DNA of 64,000 nt from Raillietiella orientalis (GCA_036172245.1 JAYWIR010000049.1:496001-560000), one strand, 5' to 3'; shown: positions 38,051 to 51,500, counted from the first letter of the stretch. The notes: a model not told the origin generated them from the letters alone. A program made the numbers and translations.

Positions 38051-38508
38051 ACGGAGGCATGTTATATTTCTTTTCTTGGCCTTTCGCTCATGCAAAGCAC
38101 ATGATCCACGTGTTCCTGGTTTTCAATCAATTTCTTGCAGATAAAAATGATACCATAATAGAGGGCGGAGAAGCCAGGAAGATTAAGCGCCAGCGACGCT
38201 TCCATCTTCCACCTTTCAAGCTTCCTGGTCGTCATGCGATTTTTGCATCAACTATTTTTGACTCTCAAATGAGAATTCGTCCGTCTTCACCCCATTACGT
38301 GTGTCTCTGAGGAGACCACTGCTGCTGAGTCCCGTCTCACGGCGCTCAGCGGAGTGTCACAGCTCAGCACGTGAGTTATGCTTTGGCTGTCGCCCATTTC
38401 GAAAATTCGTCCGATTCTGAAACAGAACTAAAACTTCCAGCCATCCAAAAAAGAGGAAAAAAAAACGACGTCTAAAACACAAGACTATAAAAAAAGTGTA
38501 TTGTCAAT

Positions 38509-41096
38509 TCAAAACTCCTCTCGATCAAAAGACGATTTTGACTTTGGTTTCGGTTTCTTTTCCGTGGAGGGCACGCAAACACAGGCACCACGCTGGGCAT
38601 CTTTGAAAGCCTTGCAGCCAACAGTCACGAGGCCTGCATACATGATTTTTGCTGACGCTTGGCATCCTGAGGGGCAGACGAAGTTATCGATCGGGGCAGG
38701 GAAAGCTGCGGCAGGAGCGACCTTTGCGAGACAGCTTGTCTTCCAACAGCTTTGGGGGGGCATCGCAGATTTCGTACATGCACCTACGAAACTTCCTATC
38801 ACAGTCGTCCTTCGTTTCGCCGCACGTGTCGTAACATATGTCGTGATCGTCACAACACCTCTGCATCCGGTCCGGAGCGACGAAATTTCCCATATTTTCG
38901 ATCTGGAGAAGAATCGAAATGAGACGATTTTTTTTTCCCCCGAGTGTCCACGCGCCCCTTCCGACCACCTACTGGACCGGGAGGGTACACGGGCATGAGC
39001 AAAGGCCTGGCACAACCCTACGAACCGACGTCTCACTCCGACGCTGCGTACATCAGCGGGAAATCACACGGTCAAGGATTTTAATCGCGAGAGGATTTCA
39101 CAACATCGTCTTCGCAAACGGGATCGCATTGCCGCCAACGCAAGGGTTCCCCGGGGCGAGCGCGCGAGGTCCAGGGACAGCGTCCCCTTTCCTCTGCAAA
39201 GACGGGCACGATGGGAATCAGGATGCACCTTCACACACATGGCGGTCACTCTGAACCCTGCTGTGAAGTAATTCACCCCTCTCCACTTGACCCTCTTCGG
39301 TGATTCAGTGGTACACCGTGTCTTCATTCGACACGGGTGGTCACAAGCCGCACCGTCCTCCTTCGTTTTAGTCGGACTGAACAACTGGTCGCTTGTTTGA
39401 CTTAACCACCTGGGTGCAATTTATTTCTACCGAGGGGAAAATCCGTTGCTATCCAAATTTCGAAAGAACCTGTCGTCCACAGGGCTGCTGCTTTTTCCCT
39501 TTCGCACCACTTGAGCGCAAGAAAATGGGCATTTCATAAGAAGCAAATAGCACAAAGAACAGAAAATCCCCTCACCAAGGACATCAGAAAAAGGAGTCAA
39601 ACTCGGAAACATCCATCACGACGGCCGCCTGCTACGTTTCTGTGCAGCCCTCAAATGGTAAGGAAAAAAACAACAACTGTAAGAACAAAACAGTAGAGAT
39701 GCACAGACGGTTACAAAAACCTTTCCAGTCTCTCACACGAATGTGGTGGATTCAAGCAACCACACACAAACTTGTAAGTTGCATCTTATTCGCGGTCAGT
39801 TATTCACCCACAAATTAGGGGCACTGATTCCTTCTCCCTCATCATACATTAAGAAAGGGGCAAACAAACTACTTAAAAAGGGGAAATAGGATAGAAAGGG
39901 GGGGGGGGTTAAGTTCCGTAAGAACAGCTGAGTGATGTTTGGACTGCAGTTCTGCAAAACAAGCATGTCATGTTAAAACTCTTGGCAACAGGCTGAAGAA
40001 CTAGAAATTGAAATTTTGCATACTACAGATTTTGTACTTGCAATCTGCTCCCTAGGATACTAAACGCAATTTCTATTTAGCAACAGGATTTGGAAATGTA
40101 GAATTGTTAATATTACTTTGACACCAAAACTTCCGCATCCATTACTCCTAGCTTTGTAGTTCTTGTTTGTTTTAGCAATGGTACCTGAAATTTCACAGTT
40201 CGAAGTTAAATTACATGTGCAAGTTCCATTTTGCCCAACACATATACTGTTCATTATTACATTTACACAACAGCTTGTTTTTAATGCAGATAAAGAATTT
40301 ATTTTAATTTAATTGGATGATATCAACTGTGACTCTGTTTTCTTTGAAAATTGGTCATTAAGTAAACCTCTTTGAGGTTTACTTAATGACCAATTTTCTG
40401 CATGAAGTCATTCATTTGATTTGAAGGGCTTTGCATGATACCTAGACTCTTACAATGATACCTAGACATACCTAGACACTGGGATAGAAATACATCAGTT
40501 CCACTGAATTCTCAAATTACATTGTTTCTCATACTTTTATAAAGTGAAAGGTTGATGGAAGCTCCCAGTTATATATGGTGTTGCTACTCTAAAATCATGT
40601 GAAGCATTCTGTGCAAAGTGAAAAAATGCATAATACAAATTTATCAAGCTCTTTACATAATCAGTGCAGATTTCCATACCACAGTTAACATGACAGGAAA
40701 TGATTAAGATGATTAAGAAAGAACCAATAGAATTTGAAAAAGTGTGCCCTGTTAACAATTCTTTTTCGTTACAAGATTAACAGTTGACAAGTGTTCTTGT
40801 TTTCTAAGTATATGATGTTTTTCACACATGCAATTCCAAAAACTTATAATGCTAATTACGTTAAAAACTTTACCTGGAGGGCATTCAAAAATACATTCCT
40901 CTTCTATTGCTGCATTCAAAATGCCCTCCAAAACAGAAAGTTTCTCCACAAAGAATTCAACATTTTCAAAAAGCTTTCCTATGTAAACACCAGTATATTT
41001 CATGGTATTAAGAAAAGACTCGAACATAGCGGCTTCAATGACAGTGACTAGCAGCAAAATCAAAACTGTCAGCGATAAAAGTTTTGTGAGATTCAT
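38509..41096 (-). CDS. PLA2G12: Group XII secretory phospholipase A2 (PLA2G12A-like), 4 coding exons, 209 aa
   Basis: Exons 41096-40874, 40184-40117, 38902-38722 and 38666-38509 are all GT-AG with phases 1,0,1 and total 630 nt. The protein has a signal-peptide-like start (MNLTKLLSLTVLILLLVTVIEA), EECIFECPPG, NGCGSFG, the catalytic-site motif RCCDDHDICYDTC, KDDCDRKFRRC, GCKAFKDAQRGACVC and a C-terminal DREEF. This is the cysteine pattern of the PLA2G12 family. Confidence 0.95.
40346..40398. repeat. Perfect inverted repeat, 25-bp arms, 3-nt loop (PLA2G12 intron)
   Basis: gaaaattggtcattaagtaaacctc-ttt-gaggtttacttaatgaccaattttc. Confidence 0.95.
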
Positions 41097-41183
41097 TTGA
41101 ATCCGGTCAAAAAGTCCCAATTAACATAGTAAAGCATAAGTCACTCTCCTGATCATATACTGAAAATTCTGTTGCACCACAAT

Positions 41184-43779
41184 CTGAAATCCCCATTTTC
41201 ACCAACATCCCCGATTCAATTCTTGATTCTGCAGTTTCTTTGAGTGTTCATACTCACGGCATCATTGCATTTGCAGCACACTTTAGTAATGAAGGGGAGA
41301 CAGGGCAAATGGAGGGGGGGCTTTTGGCAGGGGGAGTCTCCAGCATTTCCAAGCAGCAAGCCAAGAAAATTACATCACTATACTTTGAGAAGCGTACAAT
41401 CGCCATACGGAAAATCCAGAACACTCAAAAATGGCAACCGGATTTCGTACGGGCTCGGCCGATGGGATTTCAGAAACTCTGGGTAACTGGCACTTGGAAA
41501 CGGGGTTTTTTGCCAGCAGGGACGGTTAGGGGAAGAAACGTCCCTCCAGCAGGGCTGCAACATACACTCCGTGTGCAACGTACGAGCTTAATAATGTATG
41601 CGTTTGTACAATGGAAGGTGACGTTTCTTCCTAGATGCAAGAACACAAACCGAAAAGGCTCAGTTGATGTTATCACTTCCTTCAGCCCATAACTTCCGAG
41701 TTACTGAAGCCAATTCGGAATATGCCATGCCCTTGTTCTAATAATCTCTTTATCAGATGCAAAAAAAGGAAGGAAAAAAAAAAAACTAAAGCCTCTGAGC
41801 TTGATTCTGAACCGTTTTTTCTTTTTTGCTAATTACAGCTTGAATCAACCGCGAACTAGTTTGCTATGATGTGCTTGACCGTAATTGGATTCTGGTCACA
41901 TGTGCCCCAAGCATATTCTGAGCTGACGACCGTTGTTCATTCGAATGAAATAACGGTTTGCATTCGTACTCTTCTTTGCGATGTGCCTGATCATGTCATA
42001 CATGACATCCCTGTCATAAACAGTATTTTTAGCATTTCGAATTCTGCTTATGATTTGCAGACATATGCTGTTTCTCAAAGTCCATTATGTCAGCCATCAG
42101 CTGCCTTATGGTTTCCCTAGCAGGGGAAAAGGAAGAAAAAAAATTCTTCCATTTCCCAGGTCACTTTCAGCTCTGAACCGTCATCTTTTAATTCGGAGTG
42201 TAAAGGCTAGAAAAAAGATCCTCAGAATCCGTCGATCTTAGAGGACACTGTAAGATGAAGATTCTTTTCCACGAGTTCGATTCTGTTAACAACGGTGCGA
42301 GGATACCACCACTGAAGCTGACACATGATGATGGTGATAGGCACTGGATAGGGGGTGAGGTTCAATTTCTTCAGCTGCTAATGCTTTACGCTCAATTTGC
42401 GAGGTTTCTAATCGGAAGCTGCACGACAGGTCAAGGTCGAAACGTGGAAACTCACCTTTCTTCCTCCAAGTCTAGTTCGAAAAACAGAGCAAGCAGTCGC
42501 GTAGTCTCTGAATCCGTGAAAAAGTTTCCATTTCTTCACTTGATTCATTCAGAAACAGGGAAGGCATACCTTTGTGTTGGTATGGTGAATAATAGCAATT
42601 CATGTTTTCATATTGCTTTCCCGGATGTTTCATTTTCCTTTTTCTTCTCTCTCTTGGCTTTGGGCTCTTCTAATAATCTATAACCTTTTCTTCGAAAGCC
42701 TGTTTGCTTCTCTTGCAGCTATTCTTGCCTGTTCTCCTCTGACCTCAGTGTCACTGATGATAAGTTGACTGTCCTACCGAATTTTTTACATAAATTAAAG
42801 TAAAGAAATGTGCAAACTCGCATACATCAAATGAGCACTAGCAGTTCTCAGACCCTGCTGAAGAATCTTTTTATTGTCTTCAAGATTTTCAATATTCCTA
42901 CGTATGAACAACCTGCATATGAATTTAATAAGACGAATGAAGAATGTGAAGAATCCATCAATTCAGTACTTTTAGTGGAGCATTACTCTGAGATTTTCCC
43001 CGTGTTTATTGCTTTGCCTTTTGTTCCCCTGTGTGGTAAATAAAGTCCCCATAGAGACTGTTTATTAAACCGTAAAGAGTTTTCTATGAATTTCTAGAGT
43101 TCCGAAAGTATGCCATGTAGCGATACTTTTTCCCCTTTCATTTCCACTAGATTAAACATTTGGTTTTATAGCCTTGCTTCTGTTTATCTGCCAATCTCCT
43201 GTGTACAGCTGCTCATCCTCGAACTGAAATCCAGTTGCATCCCATGTTTGTAGTGTACATCAGCTATTAGCAGCTCTGAGACAGGAATCTAAGATCCGAA
43301 ACAGGACGATCATAGTGCTTTCAGTATCTTCTAAAGCATCTAAAGAATAATCTGGGATTAATTCCCCTGAAATCGTGTGGGAAAGAATGGCGAGTTATCC
43401 TTCGATTCTATTTCAGGACGTATCCTTGCTGGGAAAGCTGGGAATGTGACAGTGACTGTGGCTCACCTTTCATCATATTTTTGCATTCAGTCAAGTTCCT
43501 GGATGTGCATTCTTTAGTATCTTCACTCTCCAGGAAGATCTAAAACAAAATTAGATTTTCGCTGGCAAGTGCGACTTTGAAAAAAAAAAAAAAAATCATT
43601 TCAGTGGATTTCACGGTTTCCTCATCCTGAAGTTCATTTCACGATTTTCTACACCCCACCGATTTACTTCACGCCGCCAACGAATTGGTAAAGCTAATTT
43701 CAACCCTGCAAGAGGAACGTTCATATTTGTACGATCAAAATACATACAATTACAGAGATATCATGTACGACGGCGCCAT
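41184..43779 (-). other. Chain of spliced exons without a long ORF upstream of PLA2G12 (5' leader, lncRNA or decayed gene)
   Basis: Canonical minus-strand introns at 43753-43706, 43466-43367 (gtgagc), 42569-42508 (gtatgc), 42455-42419 (gtgagt) and 41257-41184 (gtgagt). Exon 42773-42570 has stops in all three frames. A YY1-like AATATGGCG lies at about 43782-43774. Confidence 0.45.
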
Positions 43780-44188
43780 ATTGTGCCAGTGAAATTTGTT
43801 AGGATTTGGTATTTCAGCAAAAGGAAATCAAAGAAAATTGTCGTTGTTGCGTTCACTGAAATTATGGTTATCGTGGTCATTGAAATTATCGTTATCACCA
43901 AACACATTATCCACCTGGAATTGGTATGGAATACCTTTTTCTGAAAAAGTAGGCTTGCACGGGACAAGTTGTGACGTACAGAATGAATTTGCTGTTTATT
44001 TCAATTTTGGACTTGTGCAAAGAAGCCAAGGATGCGTACACGGTGATTTAACTCGCATGTCATTCTAACCGAGCATTCAGACTGAAGAAACCAGGGAAAA
44101 AATTAGAAGGAAAAAAAAAAAAAAATTGAAATTATTCGTTTTCACGGCTAACTCTGGGGCATCACTGCATTTCTGTGAAGTCCTCTTG

Positions 44189-44202
44189 GTCTCCATGGAG
44201 AT
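44189..44202. promoter_or_regulatory. RFX X-box-like motif upstream of the ciliary gene
   Basis: GTCTCCATGGAGAT resembles the palindromic X-box (GTYNCC-AT-GGNRAC). It lies about 1.3 kb upstream of the first mapped CFAP251 exon, and RFX control of ciliary genes is well established. Confidence 0.4.
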
Positions 44203-45508
44203 CGTTGGAAGAAACTCTCTTCGAGGATTGTGGACATCAGTTCTTGCTCCCTTCCGGATACGCTTCACATGCATTTTAAAATAATCTTAAACTAAAATGC
44301 GTTTTATATCTTTACGAAGGAAAAACAAAACTTGGAATTTTTTTCGGAGGCAAGCGGACCGTTTGATGAGGAATGAGTCATCCGTGATTCCTCAACTGAC
44401 GGGTTATTCCTTACTTTCCCGATGTCGCAATTGCATACATTGATTTTGGGAGCCACAAATGAAGTGGTTCGGAGCCACCCGGGGTGGCTTGCATCTCCAG
44501 AAAAGTGTGATGCCTTCGCGCTGTCTACTCTCAGAGGCTGGAAGGTGTGTGCACGAAATGGAATGCCATGATGTGGGGGAAGGGGGGGGGGGCATCGGAC
44601 GCATGCCCTAGGGACACGCTAACCTTTTTGCCACAACCTACGGGTGTCATCACCAATTCGTTCCTCTCCAAATGATAAAAACCAACCGGTTCTGTAACCG
44701 TCAGAGGGAGACAAATCGCAAACTTTTCGAAGATGAAGCTGAGGACTCCCATGGGAGATTCGTCTGCGTCGCTCCTTGCTTCCGGAACATTTCCTCAGCA
44801 TTCAATACACTCACAGTACCATTTCGTGGATTGGCCGTGAATTTCGGGACAGCGTTTCACAACGCTGTGTGCAGCCCTTCATCGAGTTTGCTGCATTTTT
44901 GTGATTGTTGCGAGAAAATTCTAGAAAGCGGGCCAATTTCTGTCTGCATTGGTCAACTGAACCACCATTTGCCGTCTGTGGATCTCAGTCTTCAAGGTAT
45001 TATGGGTTGTCCAAGGTGTTAGGTGGCGAGCATATCGAAAAAACGCACCTATTTCAGTGAGCAGTGCCGCGTTTGTCTGCCTTTTGTGAAATGAGTGCTC
45101 AGAAGGTGCTGAGAAGTGGTGGAGGGAATGAAGAAGAGATCCAAAGAAGGCAACACCGGGACATTCGTGACAGCAAAAGCACTTTAGCCCCATTTGTAAG
45201 TTGAACGCTTTTGAAAATTGCTCTCTACAGGCAAGCATCGAAAAAAAAAAGCCCCCCCCCTCCCTCCCCAAAAGAAAGAATAGAATAGAATAAAATAGCG
45301 CCAGCAGAAAAGCATGGATTCCAAATTACTGAAATTCAACAAACTGCAGGGTTCCCTTTCAATTTCTCGGGACTGTTGGGAATTTATTCTCATGAATTCA
45401 GTTTCCTTGCTCTCCAAGGATTGCGTTCATCTGAGTGGTTTCTCGAGTGTTCGTTTGCACTTTGACAAAGGACTGAACTTTCCGTTGAGAGAAATCTGCC
45501 CTTCTCAG

Positions 45509-48500
45509 ATCCTGAAGTGGAATCTGAAAATTGGACCACAGAGCTCACTAAGGAATATCAGCAAAGGGGAAAATCACCAGCTCGTTTTCGCGTGCGGGAA
45601 CGTAGGAGTCATCCACGATTTCAAGAACCACAGACAAACGCTGCTGCAGAGACATGTGAGAAACCAATTTCAGATTGATTTTTTTTCCCGTGCCTTGAAG
45701 CACTGTGCTAGCAGAATTTTCTGGAACTTGGGACCTTGTCTCGAGAAGTGAAAGCACGTTTCTATCTCACCCAAGATTTCAGAGATCTCGAGCACTTGTG
45801 TATCCAGAGATGGGAAGCTTGTTGCGACGGCAGATGACGGAGACGAAAGTTTGCTAATTCTCTGGGAAGCAAGTAATGGGTAAGCTTGCAGCCATTGCAG
45901 GGCTTCAAAAAATATGTCTGGGCCTTCCAGCAAGATCGTGAGGATTTTCCAGAGCTCGTTCGCAGGCATAAAGTGCGTTGATGTGGATTCTGATTCGGAG
46001 TACGTCGTCGCCCTCTCTCGCAAAGGAGTCAATGCAGACCAGCAAGTGGGCCTGTGGAAAGTTCACGACTCTTCAGATGGGGAATGCAAATACGCTGACA
46101 TTCACCTCAATGACGAGCAGTACACTGTGTTTTTTCATCCGGCCGACAAACGTGTTTTCATGGGCCATGGAAAGCATAGCGTTGTGTTCTACACATGGGT
46201 ACTAACCAACTTCTCTGTTGGCATCCGATGACGAGGAGCGGCCAACTTTTTTCCCTTTTTTTTTCCTCCCTTTTCAGGACGAAACCATAAACACCGTCCC
46301 TATTTTCTGCCGGAAACTGCATAGAAAGGACGTTGGGTTTTTAACAGCTTCGCTGTGGCATTCGGCGAAAGACCTCACAAGTTCTTACACCGCGAGTTCA
46401 GCAGGTTGCTTGCAAGAGGTTCCAAATGTGTTATGCATACCACTGTAGGGTATCTGATGATCTGGAATGTTCCGAGGATATGTGGTAGCAAAAGTCAAAA
46501 CGTCGGAAGCGAAGACTTCAAAATGGTTCAACTTCAACAGTCTTGCATAACCGTTCTGACTTCCTGCAAAGGGTGACTATCATCCAGGAAGGCAGCCACA
46601 GTTTCGTCTTTCAGGTATTTGTGCGTCGGTGATTCCAACGGGAACATTGCATTTTATGAAAACCTGGTTTTAATATATGAACTGAAGCACCTGCACCTGG
46701 ATGGGATAAGAACCATTTCCTTCAATTTGGGGAAAACATCGTCTGAGTACCAAAAAAGCGAACGTAAGTGAACGGCGCGACCACTTGCTTCCCTCTGCTG
46801 CCTCCAGTCTTCTGCAAGCGCCACACTTTCTTTGGACTCCCTCACATTCCGAACGGCGCGAGGTCGCTCGCGCACCGCGAAATTCCTACAGGAACGGGGG
46901 GATGGCCGGCCTACAGGACGTGGTGCTGGACGGCATCTACCCAGGAATTTTTCTTGGCAGGCGCTCGTGAGCTTCTGTGACTTGAGTGAAATTCCAAGGT
47001 GCGAATGTGGCAGAGAGAAAGTACACGGAGCACACTTGGACAGCAGAAAGTAAAAGAGGCCTCGGTGAGGAACACTCATAACGTCGTTACATTGAGGAGC
47101 TGAGTTCGAGACTATGCGACATCGTGAAAGTTACTCAGAACGCCTCCTGATGCAAAATTTCCCTGCACCAGATTGGTGGACCTCCATCCACCCGGCTGTC
47201 GAGGTGCGCTGCCCGTTCACAGCAGTAATTGCGATGCAATGTGATGCAGCCAATCTGAAATTGTGCAAGATGAAGGCAATCGCCGGTACAGATGATCACA
47301 GGATGTGAGCGATGTTCCTGCCTGAAAGTTACTCCGTCTGAGGCAGGGAGTCCAGATCTCCTCTTTGCTTGCCCGTCGAGGATTCATCCGAGGCTCCACG
47401 GGCAAACTCATCTCGTGCTGTGTAGGTTGCGATAGAGTTCAGTGCATCATCCCCAAGCCTGGACTCTTAGCAGCGACAAAGAAAAATCCGGCCTGGATCA
47501 GCGACTCAGTTGGCCACGTCAAGCTGCGCACCCCAACGACAGTAAAACAAGAAAGGCGAAGGACACAGTTTAAGGAATCATGCAGTCCTTCAGGGGCAGA
47601 TCACACCTCAGAGAACGTGAAGAGCCGCTCATCTGTTGGATCAGAGGGTGTTTCAAAACTCCCTTTTTGCCAACGCTTCCGAAGCTTTTTGCCATTCGTC
47701 CCGCTTTTCCTGCAACTGCTGCAAGTGCGTGAACTCCAAGGTGGTCGAAAAGGAGCCATGCCTCCACCAAGAGCATGGCATATTTTGCACACGGAAAGAA
47801 AGCGCTTGTCCTGGGTTCTCAAGAACAGTGTCCTGTGCACTGCTGCAAGGTCGGCAGTGACACAAAGGATATTGGCATCACAGTGCCATATGCTGGCACC
47901 GACTGAGTGCGAGGTGTGCGTTGCAGCCGTGTGGATCTAAAATGAGGGAAAATCAGTGCTGAATTTGAACCACCAAAATACACTTTGCTCGTGGCAATCG
48001 TGCATGATGGCTTCAGAGGAATAGGGATGCTATGCAAGAGAACACACACCGTCAGAGTAACCGTTCGACAGAGATGTGCTCAAATTGCAAGTCTTTTGGG
48101 TAGTTATGGTGTTTTGGGTAGACACACCGCTAGCATTCTTTCCCAGATGGAGAAAGTTCAAATGGTGCGCCGAGAGGGCAATGTTCGTTTCTCCGAATAA
48201 GGCATCTGTGTGCTGCTCTTGTCTCTGCTATCCGTCTCTCCGTACCCATCTACCTATCCGTATCTGCATCTATCCACCTATCCATCCATCTGCATCTATC
48301 TATCCATATCTATACATTATGATACTGAAAGTATTCCAAGGCATCTTTCGTAAATGCAGGCAATTTAGGATTACTCTTGCTATTCATTTGAGATCATCCT
48401 TTATGTGTTGGTTGACTTGAAGAAGGGAACGAAGAGTTTGTGGGGCTCTCGAAGGCGAAGTGAGGCCGCGGATCGAAACGTAAAGGCGCTCCAAAGTGAC

Positions 48501-51500
48501 TATAGAAAGTTTGGACCCTCTCTTGTGGCAACTTTGACAAGGCGGATGCGAAAGGTTTCTCCACTCCTCGCAGTGAAACGGGGGTGGTGCAAGGATACCA
48601 AATAGCCCCAGCAAAAGCTGGAGTGCGCCGCACCCGCCAATCTGACCGTGGAGGACCGTGTTCCTTCTTTTCTTGTTTCGCTTTTCCTACGGGCAGGATG
48701 ACACGGGGAAACGCGGACGCTTCCTGTCACGAACGCACTGAGGGACTTTCCGCGACGGATGCTGCGGTAAATCAAAACACCGCACCCAACACCTTCCGAC
48801 CGGGTGTGCCGGGAGATCGGTGCTCGGCTGGAGTCACTCGAGGGAAGCCGCTAGAAATCTCGAAACGATCACAAAAGCTCATTATGCATTCCGACGTGTG
48901 CATTCATAGGTAGGTTAGTACACACGTTTGTTTTAACACACGTGCTCACTGACACTTGTTGATACGCACGTACCTCACAGCGATTCAATCAAACACGTAT
49001 GTTGTCAGTGTGATTCATAATATGTAAGTTGTGCGTCGATATACACATCTGTTTATCGATTGACATAAATTATAAAGGTTGTTAAAAATAAACACACATG
49101 TTTATTATATATTCTAATATAGTAGACAATACAGTCTGTTAGAAGTAGTTGAATGCGTATTATAACATACATGTGTGTTTTTTTGTATGTAGATTAATAA
49201 AGTTTTTAAGGATTACAAAAAATAAATTAATACATATATATCAATGTGCATAAGGGCATTGATATATATGTTTATATATAGCTTACTATACAAATTGATA
49301 TTGCTTATATACAATAATAATGTGTATTAATATATATTATAAATATACATGTTGAAGATCATTATACACGTATGTAAATATCGAATTATAAACATGCATA
49401 TTTGTCAAGCGATCAAAACGCCGAAAATGAAATTCCTCAGCTGTTGAGGAAGTCCGAGCGCTGGAGATGACAGGAAGATGAAATACCAACTTTTCTTTTC
49501 GTTTTCTTAATTTGTTTGTTCCGCTGTTTTTCATTGCCACCATTTGTTTATTTTTTTTCTAGTCCCGTACCTATATATTCATTTAATGTGCATTTACCGT
49601 ACGCATGAAAATATATAATCAACATGTATACTTTAATTTGGGCATTAGTCTATGTAAACATGTTTACATCAACACGCACAAAAGGCACATGTATTTATTT
49701 TTTTTACAATCTTTGCAGTATGTATTCATCCATATATTAACATCTGTAAAAATATGCGTGTCAATATGCATAATGAGCATGTGTATTTACTTTTAAGGTC
49801 TTTCGGGATTTCGGAGTCCGGGATTTGGAACCGCATCCGACGGAAGCACTTTCCGGAACTGCCCAGCTTCCTGCTTTGAATCGCATCTTCTATGCTTCTT
49901 TCAGCATAGCTGCTACCTACTAGCCAACGGCTTTTAGCAGCATCACCTAGATCAAGCAGTTTCTTCAGCTCGGCGCAATTTCTGCAATTCACCAGCGGAA
50001 CAAGGATTCATTTGTGTGTGTGTGTGTGTGTGTGTGTGTCTGTGTGTTCCCCCCCCATCCTCCTGAGCGAGCGAAGCTTTGGAAAATGTCATCCTGGGAG
50101 TTGTGCCACTCTCCCTGCCTTTAGGAAATGCAAAGCTCCACAGCAGAGTTTCGTAGAAACAGTGACGCGCAAAAAAGACAAAATCTTGTATTTTCCCAAG
50201 TCATCCCCTTCAGTCTCGGCAGACGTCACCTTTTTGCTTCCACTCGCGTGCTGGACCCCAGGAGAATGGGTCCTGTGCAGTTCTTGTTGAGCCGACTGGA
50301 GTCTTAGCTGCTCGCCTCTGCGAATCATTGGCTCGACCTCGGATTTTTTCTGGATCGGTCGTGCCGGTCCTGAGATTCCGACGTCGCTCCACTCGGGTAG
50401 CGCAGCAATCAGTTCTTGATGGAACCCACACTCTGTCTTCAGCACCGCATTTGTTCGCATGAGTGTACAAGGGTGGGATGCGGCACGCTGCTCTCGTCAA
50501 GATAAAAAGTTGTCAGTTCCGATGCCCAGCTTTCCATGTGCAACGGCGGAAAACCAGGTATCCACCGAAGTTGTGGGAACCTTCAGGCTCTCATAGGAAG
50601 CCAGCCTGGGTGTCATCGGTTTCGAGCACTTTCAAAGTAGTCAGCAACACTTGCGACCGTACTTTCCGTGGCCACGAGAATGGTTCCAAAGCACTCTACT
50701 TTCTGGAACCGCGGGGCCGACAATCTTCGGCTCGTTTTCCGTTTACATCCTCGCTAAGGCACGACGAACGCAAGGAAAGAGTTTCCTTTGATTCACCTTC
50801 CGCTGCGTAAGACCACCGGAAGTGGGTTGCGATTCGAGGAAACGCGCGCTGGATGGACTGGCTGCGTGGACGACACGCAGGCTCGGACGGCAACACGAGT
50901 TGGGAGTGACGGAACTTTCCGTTCCAGATCTGCTGTGCTTCCAGGATGACTTCAATTCCCGCTGGGTGGTCGAAGATCACATGCGCTCGTCGTACGCGTG
51001 GCCTTTCGAAGCAGAAGACTTCGTAGTGCAAGACGCCAGTGGCCTTGTGGGATATGTGGACTGGAAAAAGAGCCTCTGCTTCAAAATATTCGACAAGTTC
51101 GACGACACGATAACCTCTGCATGCTGCCATCCCAGGAAGTACTCAGCCTTTCTTCGTCGCGACAGTGGTGCGGCGGGCTCTTCGCTCAAGACCGCCTGGG
51201 GATTTGGGGCAGCTTGCGCGCGGCACGCTGAGCGCCACAGAGAACCGCCTTTGCTGTTTTCAAAGTGCGGGACGACGCCCATGCGGATCAACAGGAAGGT
51301 TGCAAAAATCCTCCTCGCTCCGCCACATGGCCGAATCGCTGGTGTTCTTCTTCTTCCTCCTCTGCGCTTCAGCTGGTGCATGCGCCATGATTCGCGGACC
51401 TGTTGTGTTTCAGGCCTTTGATCTTCCTGAGCTCCTCCGAATCGCACTGGTATTTGTTTGATTACACGCTCCGTTCCCTAGTAGCCGCCAGGAAGTTCCC

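Noticed and set aside
42570..42773. Possible stop-codon readthrough or alternative genetic code in an exon with in-frame TAG
   Set aside because: All three frames have stops of different types, and both neighbouring genes read cleanly with the standard code.
43367..43753. snoRNA host-gene hypothesis for the non-coding exon chain
   Set aside because: The introns examined are short and lack paired C (RTGATGA) and D (CTGA) boxes with terminal stems.
47600..47840. CKICHALG...RTCSSCRKSG on the minus strand in a CFAP251 intron
   Set aside because: Possibly a decayed ORF1 knuckle pair, but the His/Cys ligands are missing; too weak to call.
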